Part shown: positions 13,261 to 25,251 of the stretch, one piece after another
Layout of the letters: each line of letters starts with the position of its first letter
How positions within the stretch are numbered: the first letter of the stretch is position 1
Source: Macrostomum lignano
Lineage: Eukaryota
Length of the DNA stretch: 64,000 nt
Assembly: GCA_002269645.1 (NCBI GenBank)
Contig: NIVC01002042.1
Location: 1 to 64,000 of the forward strand
Direction: 5' to 3'
Made by a program: the position numbers and the translations under genes
Notes under the pieces: generated by a model
What the model was told of the DNA's origin: nothing
The model's input: only the letters and a program-made list of their open reading frames with translations
Database searches by the model: none

Positions 13261-14998
13261 GATGGGGCATGATTGACCAGGAAAAATCTAAATCACATCA
13301 TACGCATTGAAAGCATTCTATAAATAAATACGATTCAAAATAAAAAACCAAGACTCCTTTTTCAAGATATGAGTCAATCTGCCGCTTAGGATAATGCAAA
13401 ATATACAAAAATTTACAACACAAAGTGATAACTTAAATGTGCGCGTCATGCATCTTCGAATCAAAACCGCAGTAAAATAAATACTTAAAGTGTGTACTTA
13501 TACAAAAGCAAAAAGAATATTGTAAAAAGAATCTACCGTTTGAAAATTGTTTTTCGTTTCCCACAGAATATATCAATTGCCTTTTGCAACAGTTTTCGTT
13601 ATTAAACTTAAAACTTTGAAGTTTGTTCTATATCTTTGAACAATGTGAATTCTTGGCATCTTAATGCGTTTTAAAATTTCTGAAAAATTAAGAAAAAGAA
13701 AGACTTGTAATATCTTGTAAACTACGAATATTTCAGTATCAAATTTTTCACTCACTGACTGAATGTTGGCTGGCAAAGGTCAGCTGGCAAACATCGGCTG
13801 GCAAACGTCCCGCAGGCAAACGTCAGCTGGCAAACGTCCCGCAGGCAAACGTCGCTATCCCTATATGTACTCTAGCTATCATTTTTAATATAGTGCAGTT
13901 ATCCTTTTACTAAGCACTATAACAATTAATCGGAGAATTCATGCGGTTCATTTTCACAGAAACGCTTCGTGCGCTTCAAATCAGGAATTTTTTTAAACAT
14001 ACATGTATAATTCCAAATGCACATTACGTACGTACATGTATTTTTGTACTAAAGAAACAAATTCTTTTTTTATTTCGTCTCTGGCCTGTACGAGTGTGCG
14101 AGCTAAAGTTGTAAAGTCAAATAATAATATAAACCGATTCATTTTGACTCCTATGACACATACATGTACGAGTATTTCTGCTAAAAATAGCGTGGGCTCA
14201 TTGAAGTTGATTGCTGTGAAAGAAGCACGAAAGAAATTTACAAAACATATGCAAACTATAATATGTATGCATAAAAGCGATTTAGTGTTTCGGGTCTATA
14301 CTATAATTTAACAATAGGAATTGTATATTTAGACAGCATTACAAGCATGAAGGTATTTTTCCTTCAAAGATATTTTTTTAATTTTTCTAAAGTAACTGCA
14401 TTAGCATCAGTATACCTGCGACTCAGTAGATGCTGAGTGTTAATACACAGATAAAATATGCATAGCTATGCAAATATACGTTATTTTGGGGTTTAATCTA
14501 AGGAAAAATAAATAGAAAATAGAAAAATCTCTTGAGTGTCGGCTTTCGCTAAATGAACTGCAATTTTTATAAAATAAATATCAGCTGCAGAAATAATAAT
14601 ATCGCAATGGAACAAAGAGCAATTCATAACCTACCTGACAGATTCGTTAGCAGAAAAATTAAAAACAACCTTTACTATATAGGTAACAATTAAAGTAAGT
14701 TAGATTTCAGTCTTCAGAAATTAAGAGGCAATTTCCATATAAAATATAAAAAATAACAAAGTCAAGAGTTGTACATAATAGACAAAAATACTAAATTGCT
14801 GGTTTAATTGACACACTCGTGTATCACAGTTCAGGGATGATGGACAAAAATTCATAAAATATAACTGCCACGTTACCAAAACAACAATAAATACTTGAGT
14901 TTTTTCCATTAACCTTTTTTCATAAAAATCCAAAACTGAATGGTTTGCCGCGGCGAAGCCCAATCTGTATGATCCTGTCAAATCCCGTTTGTCGAAAT

Positions 14999-15168
14999 TC
15001 AACCAACTCGAACTGCCAGACGCTTTAGAAACGAGTTGATGTCGACTCGGCCGCTGCTGCCGCGAGTGGCGTTCAGGGCGGCCTGCACCGAGGTCTGGTC
15101 CAGCGCCAGCTGGTAGTCCCGGTTGTACCTGTCCACCAGTTTGCGCACCTGGTCTTCGGCTAGGAAGC
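14999..15168 (-). CDS. C1orf87: C1orf87-like EF-hand-like protein, last exon (GFLAEDQVRKLVDRYNRDYQLALDQTSVQAAL...RVG*)
   Basis: Acceptor tttccag|, phase 1; with the preceding exon gives WFNRFMKLADALYRHDNDSRGFLAEDQVRKLVDRYN, which resembles my recollection of the human C1orf87 C-terminus (WIDRFRKLENALYLCDLSNTGVLEKERARRLIHNYN). Confidence 0.8.
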
Positions 15169-15187
15169 CTGGAAATATAAGAACAAT

Positions 15188-17124
<1,937 letters not shown>

Positions 17125-17148
17125 AGCTCATCTATGAGCCATGCTCAC

Positions 17149-17930
17149 CGCGGGAGTCGTTGTCGTGGCGATAGAGCGCGTCGGCCAGTTTCATAAACCG
17201 GTTGAACCATGGCTCGGCAATCACCTGCTGATTTGGCAGTGGCCTCTGGGTACTCGGCGGCGGCGGCAGGTCGCGCTGGCTCAGAATCGGCTGCTGCGGC
17301 GGCGGCGGAGGCGGCGGCGGCGGAGGCGACGTGCGGTACAGCGGCTCCTGCATGGGCGGCAGAATTGGCGGCGGAGGAGGCGGCGGTGGCGGCGGAGGAG
17401 GCGGTGGCGCAGCTCGCTGCTGCTGCTGGTACCGCACGACGCTCTCGCTGGCCGAGGTCTCGGCGTGAGGCCAGGAGGGCGCCGGCTGCGGATAGTGGCG
17501 CGCAAACTCGATGGGCTTCTTTGATGAGGGAATTCGGAGCCCGGTGTTCTGCGGAGTCATTCGCTCCAGGAACTGCAGGAACTGCTCCCAGTCGTACTGG
17601 CCGCCCCCGCGGTGCCTGCACAGCGAGATCACATTGTCCAGCACGTGCTCGCGCATGGGGATTCGGAAGTCCCAGACTAGCTGCTTCAGCTGTTCCCGGC
17701 TAAGGGTGCCTCTGAGCAGCCGGTCGGCCCGCTGGAAGGCCAGTCGGAGAGTCTCAAAGTTCACCGGCCGGTCGATGGTGGCCAGCTCGGCCTCGAGTTG
17801 GCGCAGGATGCGCGGCAAGTCGCGGTCAGTCAGAACTCCGCCGCTGCCGCCACCGCCGCCGCCTCCACCTGCTCCGCCGCTGCTCCCGATGTCCGCCATT
17901 GGCGCCCGTTGTGTGCCCTGGGTTGGCGGG
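17149..17930 (-). CDS. C1orf87: C1orf87-like, large exon (poly-Gly, EF-hand-like LRLAFQRADRLLRGTL...YDWEQFLQFL, poly-Pro linker, WFNRFMKL)
   Basis: 782-nt exon from ccttccag| to |gtgagc, in frame with ORF 17132-17899; GC3-rich codons. Confidence 0.88.
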
Positions 17931-17994
17931 CTGGAAGGCGGGCAAATTTAGCTACAGTCCGGCTGAATTCTGTCCCAAAAGTTCACTGAATGCT

Positions 17995-18844
17995 TGCTCT
18001 AGCTCCTCAGTACCTAGCCCCCTGTGGGGGCGGCAAGAGCGTAGCTGCTGGTCATTCAAAGTGGACTAGACATCCTTGAACCGTTGGATCGACCCTTAAT
18101 CGATCCAACGATTAAGTGTGTCGTGACCAGGAGCCCGTAAAAGGGCCGTTCGTCTAACTAACCTTTTCTTACTTTTTCTTACTACCCTACTTTAAGTAGT
18201 GCAGTTAATAAATTATTCGTCTATTGTATTGTAAAACGTATTTTTAATCACGTGACATTTTGGCGGTTGAATTTATCGATCGTGTAACAATTTACTGTTA
18301 AATATCAAATATAAGCGCGGGTTGCCCTAAGTGGAGCTCGCACTCTTTTTCCGGCAAAGTCTTACCTGCCACGGACTCGTGTTTCCTGTGTTAGTCTGCT
18401 GAGACACCACAGACCCTTAAATAGCTGTTTTCTTAATGCTCTTCTCACTATGGATTGAGAAAAAGATGATTGGCAATTTTGGCTCCACTCCATCCTGCAG
18501 ACCACAGGGTGAAATCTTGACTCCGCTGACTCTCAAGGCATGGAATAAGCAAGCGCTGGAGCCACTAGATCTGATCAGAAATTTACTGGTTTCATCCATT
18601 AACGTTTCCATATCTTTCTGACGAATTTAAAGTAAACTTTTGCAAAAAAAGTGATGATGAAAAAGGACACAACAGACATTCGAGGTTGTGTAACACTAGT
18701 ACTGAACTTCCTTCACATTTCCTGGTGTAACTCTTAACCGAAATCAGATAAAGAGGAAATTCAAATGACAAGTTTTTTTAAAAGATTATCTTGCGTTTGA
18801 CACCTAAATATAAAAATTGGTCAAGGTACTGAGGAGCTAGAGCA
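17995..18844. mobile_element. non-autonomous TIR element in a C1orf87-like intron
   Basis: Perfect 21-bp inverted repeats TGCTCTAGCTCCTCAGTACCT / AGGTACTGAGGAGCTAGAGCA; no obvious TSD. Confidence 0.6.
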
Positions 18845-18981
18845 GCGTCCTCTTTCCAGTTGATCTATACTGCTTGTTCAGACATTTGCCCTGAATAGAC
18901 TTATGCCTTGCAACTCCCACTATATTGCAAGACGAATCTAATAGCAACGCAAACACTGGTTGCTAGGCAACAGCAACTCAC

Positions 18982-19131
18982 GCGGGCAAATCGGCCTCCT
19001 GATGATAATAGACCGGGCTGTGACTGCCCGGGCCGGCGGTCGCCTGCATTCGTTCAGCGATGCTGGTTGAAAGCCGCTGCGGCTCGTTGAAGCTCTGCTG
19101 GTATGAGGTGCGGTGCCTCGGGCTCTCGTAT
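18982..19131 (-). CDS. C1orf87: C1orf87-like linker exon (YESPRHRTSYQQSFNEPQRLSTSIAERMQATAGPGSHSPVYYHQEADLP)
   Basis: 150 nt, acceptor cacgcag|, donor |gtgagt, phase 2 to 2, open and in frame with both neighbours. Confidence 0.8.
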
Positions 19132-19485
19132 CTGCGTGTGGGTAGGGGAACGGGAGACAGGGACTGTCGTCAGCGAGATGGACAGTTTAACTGCGAGAGG
19201 GACCACTAGACACACTAGAACAGCTAGAACAGATTCAGCAGCAATGATTAAAAACTTTTGAACTTTTGGATTTTCCACCGCTTTTCTACTTGCTGATTGG
19301 AATTCACTATTTACAGTTTACATTCGTACTGCTGATCGAATGGTGCAAGTTTGAGCCATTTTTTCTGAAATCGATCACATAGATGGATACCTACCTGCCG
19401 ACAAACCAGTTTTAGTATACGGATAGGATCTTCGTTCTTTTTGTCGTTGGCAAGCGGTCACACATGTCCAGTCCGATACGCGGAC

Positions 19486-20040
19486 GCAGACAGACAAACA
19501 ATGAGAAACATGTTCAGCCAGACGCACAGACGCAGACAGATAAACAATGAGACAGACACAACATGTTCAGCCAGACACACAGACGCAGACAGATAAACAA
19601 TGAGACACAACATGTTCAGCCAGACACACAAACGCAGACAGATAAACAATGAGACAACATGATCAGCCAGACACACAGAGGCAGACAGACAAACAATGAG
19701 ACACAACATGTTCAGCCAGACGCACAGACGCAGACAGATAAACAATGAGACAGACACAACATGTTCAGCCAGACACACAGACGCAGACAGATAAACAATG
19801 AGACAGACACAACATGTTCAGCCAGACACACAAACGCAGACAGATAAACAATGAGACAACATGATCAGCCAGACACACAGAGGCAGACAGACAAACAATG
19901 AGACACAACATGTTCAGCCAGATACACAGACGCAGACAGATAAACAATGAGACACAACATGTTCAGCCAGACACACAGACGCAGACAGACAATCAATGAG
20001 CCACAACATGATCAGCCAGACACACAGAGGCACAATGAGA
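19486..20040. repeat. about 46-50-bp intronic minisatellite
   Basis: Unit CAGACAGATAAACAATGAGACACAACATGTTCAGCCAGACACACAGACG. Confidence 0.9.
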
Positions 20041-20056
20041 CACGACTGTCACTCAC

Positions 20057-20214
20057 TGCGAGCTGTTCACTAGCTGGAAATTGTTGTCTGTCCCGGCAGT
20101 CTTGAGGCAGGCACCAATGAACGACAGGACTCGCTCGTAGTTGACTCGGTGCGGCTCGGCGGCGCTAATGAACATGGAGGCCACCAGCCGGGACAGCGGA
20201 TTCGGCAGCATGAT
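20057..20214 (-). CDS. C1orf87: C1orf87-like exon (IMLPNPLSRLVASMFISAAEPHRVNYERVLSFIGACLK...)
   Basis: 158 nt, acceptor tcgcag|, donor |gtgagt; VNYERVLSF resembles C1orf87 VNYEKLLWF. Confidence 0.82.
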
Positions 20215-20551
20215 CTGCGAATTCAGGTCAACGGGCAGCTGTAACTTTAGTGGTATTTTCTACTTGCTACTGATGAGTAGTGTAGTTTGGTCCGGTGTTG
20301 ACGAAAAATATATTGGCGTGTGCTGTTTACGCTTTGTTTAATCCACGCGGTGCTACTTTGGTGACAGCTGTTGGATACGAACTAAGCCTTCTAAAAATCT
20401 GTCGAAGCTCTCAATAGCCGCTTCTCTCGTTCCATCTCTCTCTCCATCTCTCTATTTCTTCTCACTCCTCTTTTTCAATTCTGTTTTTGGCTCCCGTCTA
20501 ATCAATCAAAACCTTACAAACAACAAAAAAATATGAACAAGCCAAGCTCAC

Positions 20552-20711
20552 ATTATTCTTTGCAAGCGCCTTTATTAGGTCGTCAAATATGCAGAGGCCG
20601 CTTAAATCGTCGTCATAGTTGGCGAGCTCCATGTACACCTGCTTCAGCTTGGTTGGGTCCAGGTAGCGCAGCTGTTTTAGCACCTCTCGCATTACTATGT
20701 ACTCGTCTTCG
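20552..20711 (-). CDS. C1orf87: C1orf87-like exon (EDEYIVMREVLKQLRYLDPTKLKQVYMELANYDDDLSGLCIFDDLIKALAKNN)
   Basis: 160 nt, acceptor attccag|, donor |gtgagc; EF-hand-like DxDLSG loop. Confidence 0.85.
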
Positions 20712-20729
20712 CTGGAATTTCAGTGATTT

Positions 20730-21190
20730 TTGCACAAGGGAGTAGAGTGACGTTTGCACAAGGGAGTAGAGTGACGTTTGCACAAGATAGTAGAGTGACG
20801 TTTGCACAAGGGAGTAGAGTGACGTTTGCACAAGGGAGTAGAGTGACGTTTGCACAAGATAGTAGAGTGACGTTTGCACAAGGGAGTAGAGTGACGTTTG
20901 CACAAGGGAGTAGAGTGACGTTTGCACAAGGGAGCAGAGTGACGTTTGCAGAGTAGAGTGACGTTTGCAGAGTAGAGTGACGTTTGCAGAGTAGAGTGAC
21001 GTTTGCAGAGTAGAGTGACGTTTGCAGAGTAGAGTGACGTTTGCAGAGTAGAGTGACGTTTGCAGAGTAGAGTGACGTTTGCAGAGTAGAGTGACGTTTG
21101 CAGAGTAGAGTGACGTTTGCAGAGTAGAGTGACGTTTGCAGAGTAGAGTGACGTTTGCAGAGTAGAGTGACGTTTGCAGGGTAGAGTGAC
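20730..21190. repeat. compound 24-bp then 19-bp minisatellite
   Basis: TTTGCACAAGGGAGTAGAGTGACG switching to TTTGCAGAGTAGAGTGACG near 20945. Confidence 0.93.
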
Positions 21191-21260
21191 TGTTATCTAG
21201 AAAGTTAAAAAATCACAAACTAGCAGCAAAAAGGTGCAATAAAAAAACCCGGACACCAAC

Positions 21261-21574
21261 CGAGTCAGATGCAGCGGCGCACTAGTCAGCTTGCCGTGGT
21301 AGCCAGGCAACAGATTGTACAGGTTGCTGAGCGCGGCCGACATTGCTGCTGCCTGCTGATTGACTGGCGTTTGTTGGCGAGTGCTCACTCTGCTTTCGTT
21401 GCCAATTGGCGGCAGGGGAGAGTAGGGATCGAGAGACAGCCGGTCTGTCTGCTGTCTTCTAGGACTGTCGGCTGCGGGGTTGGACTGCGACTCCTTCTCC
21501 TGCGAGTGAGTTGCAGGCGTTTGTGATTGACAGGGTCTCGGAATTGGCACAGCGGGGACTAAGGCGGGTTGGGA
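21261..21574 (-). CDS. C1orf87: C1orf87-like low-complexity exon (SQPALVPAVPIPRP...LYNLLPGYHGKLTSAPLHLTR); 5' boundary ambiguous, may extend to 21693
   Basis: Open frame ending CG|gttggt (phase 2), which joins C-GAA of the next exon; several alternative acceptors lie in the 16-bp array. Confidence 0.6.
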
Positions 21575-21692
21575 CTGAGGTGGGTTGCGACTGAGGTGGG
21601 TTGGGACTGAGGTGGGTTGCGACTGAGGTGGGTTGTTACTGAGGTGGGTTGTTACTGAGGTGGGTTGGGACTGAGGTAGGTTGTTACTGAGG
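21565..21692. repeat. 16-bp minisatellite x8 at an acceptor
   Basis: Unit TGGGTTG(GG/CG/TT)ACTGAGG. Confidence 0.92.
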
Positions 21693-22039
21693 ACTGGGAT
21701 AAAACAAATAATTGGAAGTTTTTACTGAAAGTAGCATTCTAAGAAAATCTGAGTCAATTATGACAAACTGAAAGCAGCTGAGCAATCAAAAAGAAATCAA
21801 TCGGAAGCTGTGCAGAAGCTAAATATATGAAGCATTGCAATAGCAGCCTGATGTCCATGGCTAAACCTCACCGGTAAGGTCAAAAAGCGTGAGTACCAAG
21901 CAATCTCCGATTCCCGATTTTTTATATTAATAATTTTTATCCATGGGGTTTATAGAGATTTGGGATTCCGGAGATTTGATATTTTTGCAAAATTCTGATT
22001 TCTATCAGACAGTAAAAGTAACGAGACTGGGAAGCACAG

Positions 22040-22318
22040 ACTGCCAATCAGCCAATCAGAGGCCGTCACTCACCATAGAATTGAATTTGCAGCTAATCAG
22101 CCAATCAGAGACCGTCACTCACCATATTTGCAGCTAATCAGCCAATCAGAGACCGTCACTCACCATAGAACTGAATTTGCAGCTAATCAGCCAATCAGAG
22201 GCCGTCACTCACCTTAGAATTGAATTTTCGCGGCTAATCAGCCAATCAGAGGCCGTCACTCACCATAGAACTGAATTTGCAGCTAATCAGCCAATAAGAG
22301 GCCGTCACTCACCATAGA
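22040..22318. repeat. about 49-bp minisatellite x6 containing a donor and a CCAAT box
   Basis: Unit GCAGCTAATCAGCCAATCAGAGGCCGTCACTCACCATAGAATTGAATTT. Confidence 0.92.
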
Positions 22319-22475
22319 CAGCGGCGCGATGCCAAACCGACTAGATAGAAACAAATTCTGAACTGGGAAATTAAAGAATCTACCGCGACGAAATGGCTGA
22401 CCCTGGTAGGTCGCCGCGTCGCCGGCGCCGGCGCCAGAATTTGGAGCATGCGGCTCTGCCGATGCCATCAAGTTA
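22313..22475 (-). CDS. candidate upstream exon of the C1orf87-like gene (frame uncertain)
   Basis: Strong donor ATG|gtgagt at 22313/22312; two open frames; acceptor not resolved. Confidence 0.4.
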
Positions 22476-22619
22476 TTATGTTTAATTGTGCTTCAAGTTT
22501 CTAAATAGATTAGCAAAACAAGAAGAGAAGGGAGAGAGGTAGAGAGGTACTTGTAGAGAAGAGATACCGATCGGCTATAGGCTAATCTAAGCAACTGAGG
22601 CAGAAGATGCTCAATCCGT

Positions 22620-22860
22620 ACTCGATCAGCAGCGCCGATTTTCAACACAGCCGGATCGACGTCCGAGTTCAGTCGGAGCTGCTCGCGCCAGTTGATACCC
22701 GCCTGGCCGTGGCTTGTGGTCCGCGCTGCGCCGCGGCTGTCTAGCGATGAGCTGCGTCTGGTATCGCCCGGCTCTCTGGATGCCGGCGACAACGGGTGCG
22801 GGCCGTTGAATCCTCTGGGACTGGGGGCCGAAATCGGGGCGGAGTTTACGTGCTGCTTTG
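22620..22860 (-). CDS. candidate N-terminal exon of the C1orf87-like gene (…NWREQLRLNSDVDPAVLKIGAADR)
   Basis: GC-rich open frame; W..R..SD..P...KI.G resembles the recalled human N-terminus (AWKTPRGSDAMPEIMVKIIG); boundaries not resolved. Confidence 0.35.
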
Positions 22861-23799
22861 ATAGATGTATAATATATAGCTATTGGCTTGGAGCAGATCG
22901 GGACTGAGAATCTGTATATCTATATAGATAAGCGATAATGATGTTGAAGAAAGTGAAGCCTGGAGTCTGGATTTGTGGATGAAAAAAGCCTATTATAAAT
23001 CTGGTTCTGCCGTATATTAGCAGGCCAAGACCTCATATAGCCATTGCGCTGCTGAGAGGGGGTTAGACAGAGAGTCCTGTCGCTAGTGACACTGAGGGCG
23101 GTGAGGTGGCGAAGGGGACTGACTGTTCGACCGTTGCTTGGCTTGAGCCAGCCCACCCCGCTGCCCCCCCCCACTATGGCGTCGCCCTGACAACGGCCTT
23201 ATGGCTGAAAAAAACTATTCAAAGTGGTTAAGGACCCCCCCCCCAGCCAAATGCACGCTGGCCCATCCAGCTGCCTGCTTGAGCTCAGAAATAGAGAAGA
23301 AAAGTGAGGCGATGTGGCACGCAGAAGGTGCACAAGAGATCTGCTCCTTTCCTGCTGGCTACCTAAATTCACTCTCGGACTCTAAACTTTCCATATCTCT
23401 CTATCTCGCCATCTCTCTCCACTATTCTAGCACTATAATGGCCGCCGCTTGTCAGGCTTTTCTTCCTTTCACTAATTTTTTCAGTTTTAAGAGCTCCGCG
23501 CTCTGCAAACAAGAAAAAGACAAAAAGAAAATGGAAATGATAAACTGCAAGAGAGCTGGATGAAGCAGGCGTATTTGCCCATAATCATGGCGCAAGCAAA
23601 CCTGCTCTCAGCATTCCACGATTGACTTCTCTTAGCCTTGTTTAATTTCACTAATGAATCAATATTTACCTCATCAATGCTTTTTAAAAGCAGCAAAACA
23701 CGGCGCAAGAACAAGCAATGAAAATATGGCCATCAGCGAGCAAACTCTGTGCAATAGTGAGCAATATTTATATTGAATACGCATGGGAATTAGTGATAA

Positions 23800-24118
23800 T
23801 TAGTGGTCCAGCCCGGCGCTCTGATGAGCCAGCGGCCCAGGCTCGATTCCAAGTGCATTCACATTAAGGCTTGGCTCTGCTCGGGCAATTATCGGCCTTG
23901 CGAGGGCCAACCCCCAGGCACAGTGAAGTGTACATGCCCAATTGATAAATAAAGTTAGGGCCGCTGTACACTCCTGTGTGAGTGTGCCTGCGTACGTATC
24001 CGCACGCTTGCTCAGGGTAGTCGGCGGAATGAGCAATAATGCCTCTCGCCGGCTGTGTGACAATAATATGTCGCATAAAGTGCGCCAGGGTGCACACAAC
24101 CCCTGCCTCTAACTGATA
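23800..24118 (+). mobile_element. tRNA-derived SINE, uninterrupted copy
   Basis: B-box-like GGCTCGATTCC followed by a body (GGGCCAACCCCC…GGGCCGCTGTACACTCCTGTGTG…GGGTGCACACAACCCC) shared with other copies in the window. Confidence 0.65.
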
Positions 24119-25062
24119 ATACAATCCACCTATGCTAGTCTCATATTATATTTTAATTTCTAAAATAGATAAATGCTTTAATTAACGTTTCCCGAGAGAA
24201 CATCTATAAAGCTTAATAAGCTACTAGCAGTAGATAAGAAAATTTTATTCATGCAAACTAGACTTACGATAAATTCACTGGTGGAATAGGAATTACGAGT
24301 AATTGATTCAAATTTTGGGTACTGGGTTTTTTAAACTACTCGTATAGAGTCGCTGGCTCTGAAATTGTGTCCTTTTACTGAATTTGAGGTTTTTTTAGAA
24401 AGCGTACACACTAAATTGGGTCTTACTTTTATCACAGAAATCTCGGCCGAAAATAGGTCGTCTTGAAAAAAATCCTATTGAAAATATTTTATAGCGATAT
24501 GGTTTTAGTTCCTAAAAATAAGCTTTGGACAGAGTTAATCGAAAAACGCGTATTATATTTGCACATACTACTACAAGTAGTCTGTCTATACAATGTAAAA
24601 TTGGCATCATTTTTAAACGATCATGTACGTGTGCATGTAATATTCACTCAAGAAAACAGTCAGTTACCCCAGCTGCAACAACAGCTTGCCAACGAGTTAC
24701 AATTACTGCTCCAAACCAGACCCGTAATTAAGATTGACTATCTTTTGGACAAGAAATCCCATAATCCTCTTTTCTAATTCGAATTTGTTGGTAAAGAATA
24801 AAAATAACGATTAATCGCAAAAGCAACTGTCTGCATGGGCTGTAAACTGGATGCGGCAGCTTTAGGGCTCATTCAAACTGCAATCAAATGAAAGACCAAA
24901 TATCACACGACTTGTTTGACCACACAGAATTTCAATTTTTTTCTGTCATCACTTGAAATCTCAGCTAACTTAGACAATTTTCAAATTCAGCGACAAAAGT
25001 TGATAACGCAAGGGCCAGTTGATCAACTAAAACGCTGTACATTGGTCGCTTGCCTCTTAGAA

Positions 25063-25251
25063 GGGCCGTAGCCCAGCGGTAGCGCAGCTGCTCTGGTGTG
25101 CCAGCGACCCAGGCTCGATTCCAAGTGCAGTCACGTTAATTTGGGGCTGAATTGGAATCTCGGCTTGGCTCTGCTCGTGCAATTAACGGCCTTGAGAGCC
25201 AACCCCCCAAGGCGCAGTGAAGTGTACATGCCTAACGATAATATAAAGTTA
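25063..25251 (+). mobile_element. tRNA-derived SINE, 5' half of the copy split by the Helitron-like array
   Basis: A box TAGCCCAGCGG and B box GGCTCGATTCC; matches 23820-23957 up to ATAAAGTT. Confidence 0.7.

Noticed and set aside
25063-25135. tRNA gene
   Set aside because: A and B boxes are present but acceptor and anticodon stems do not pair, and it continues into a SINE body.
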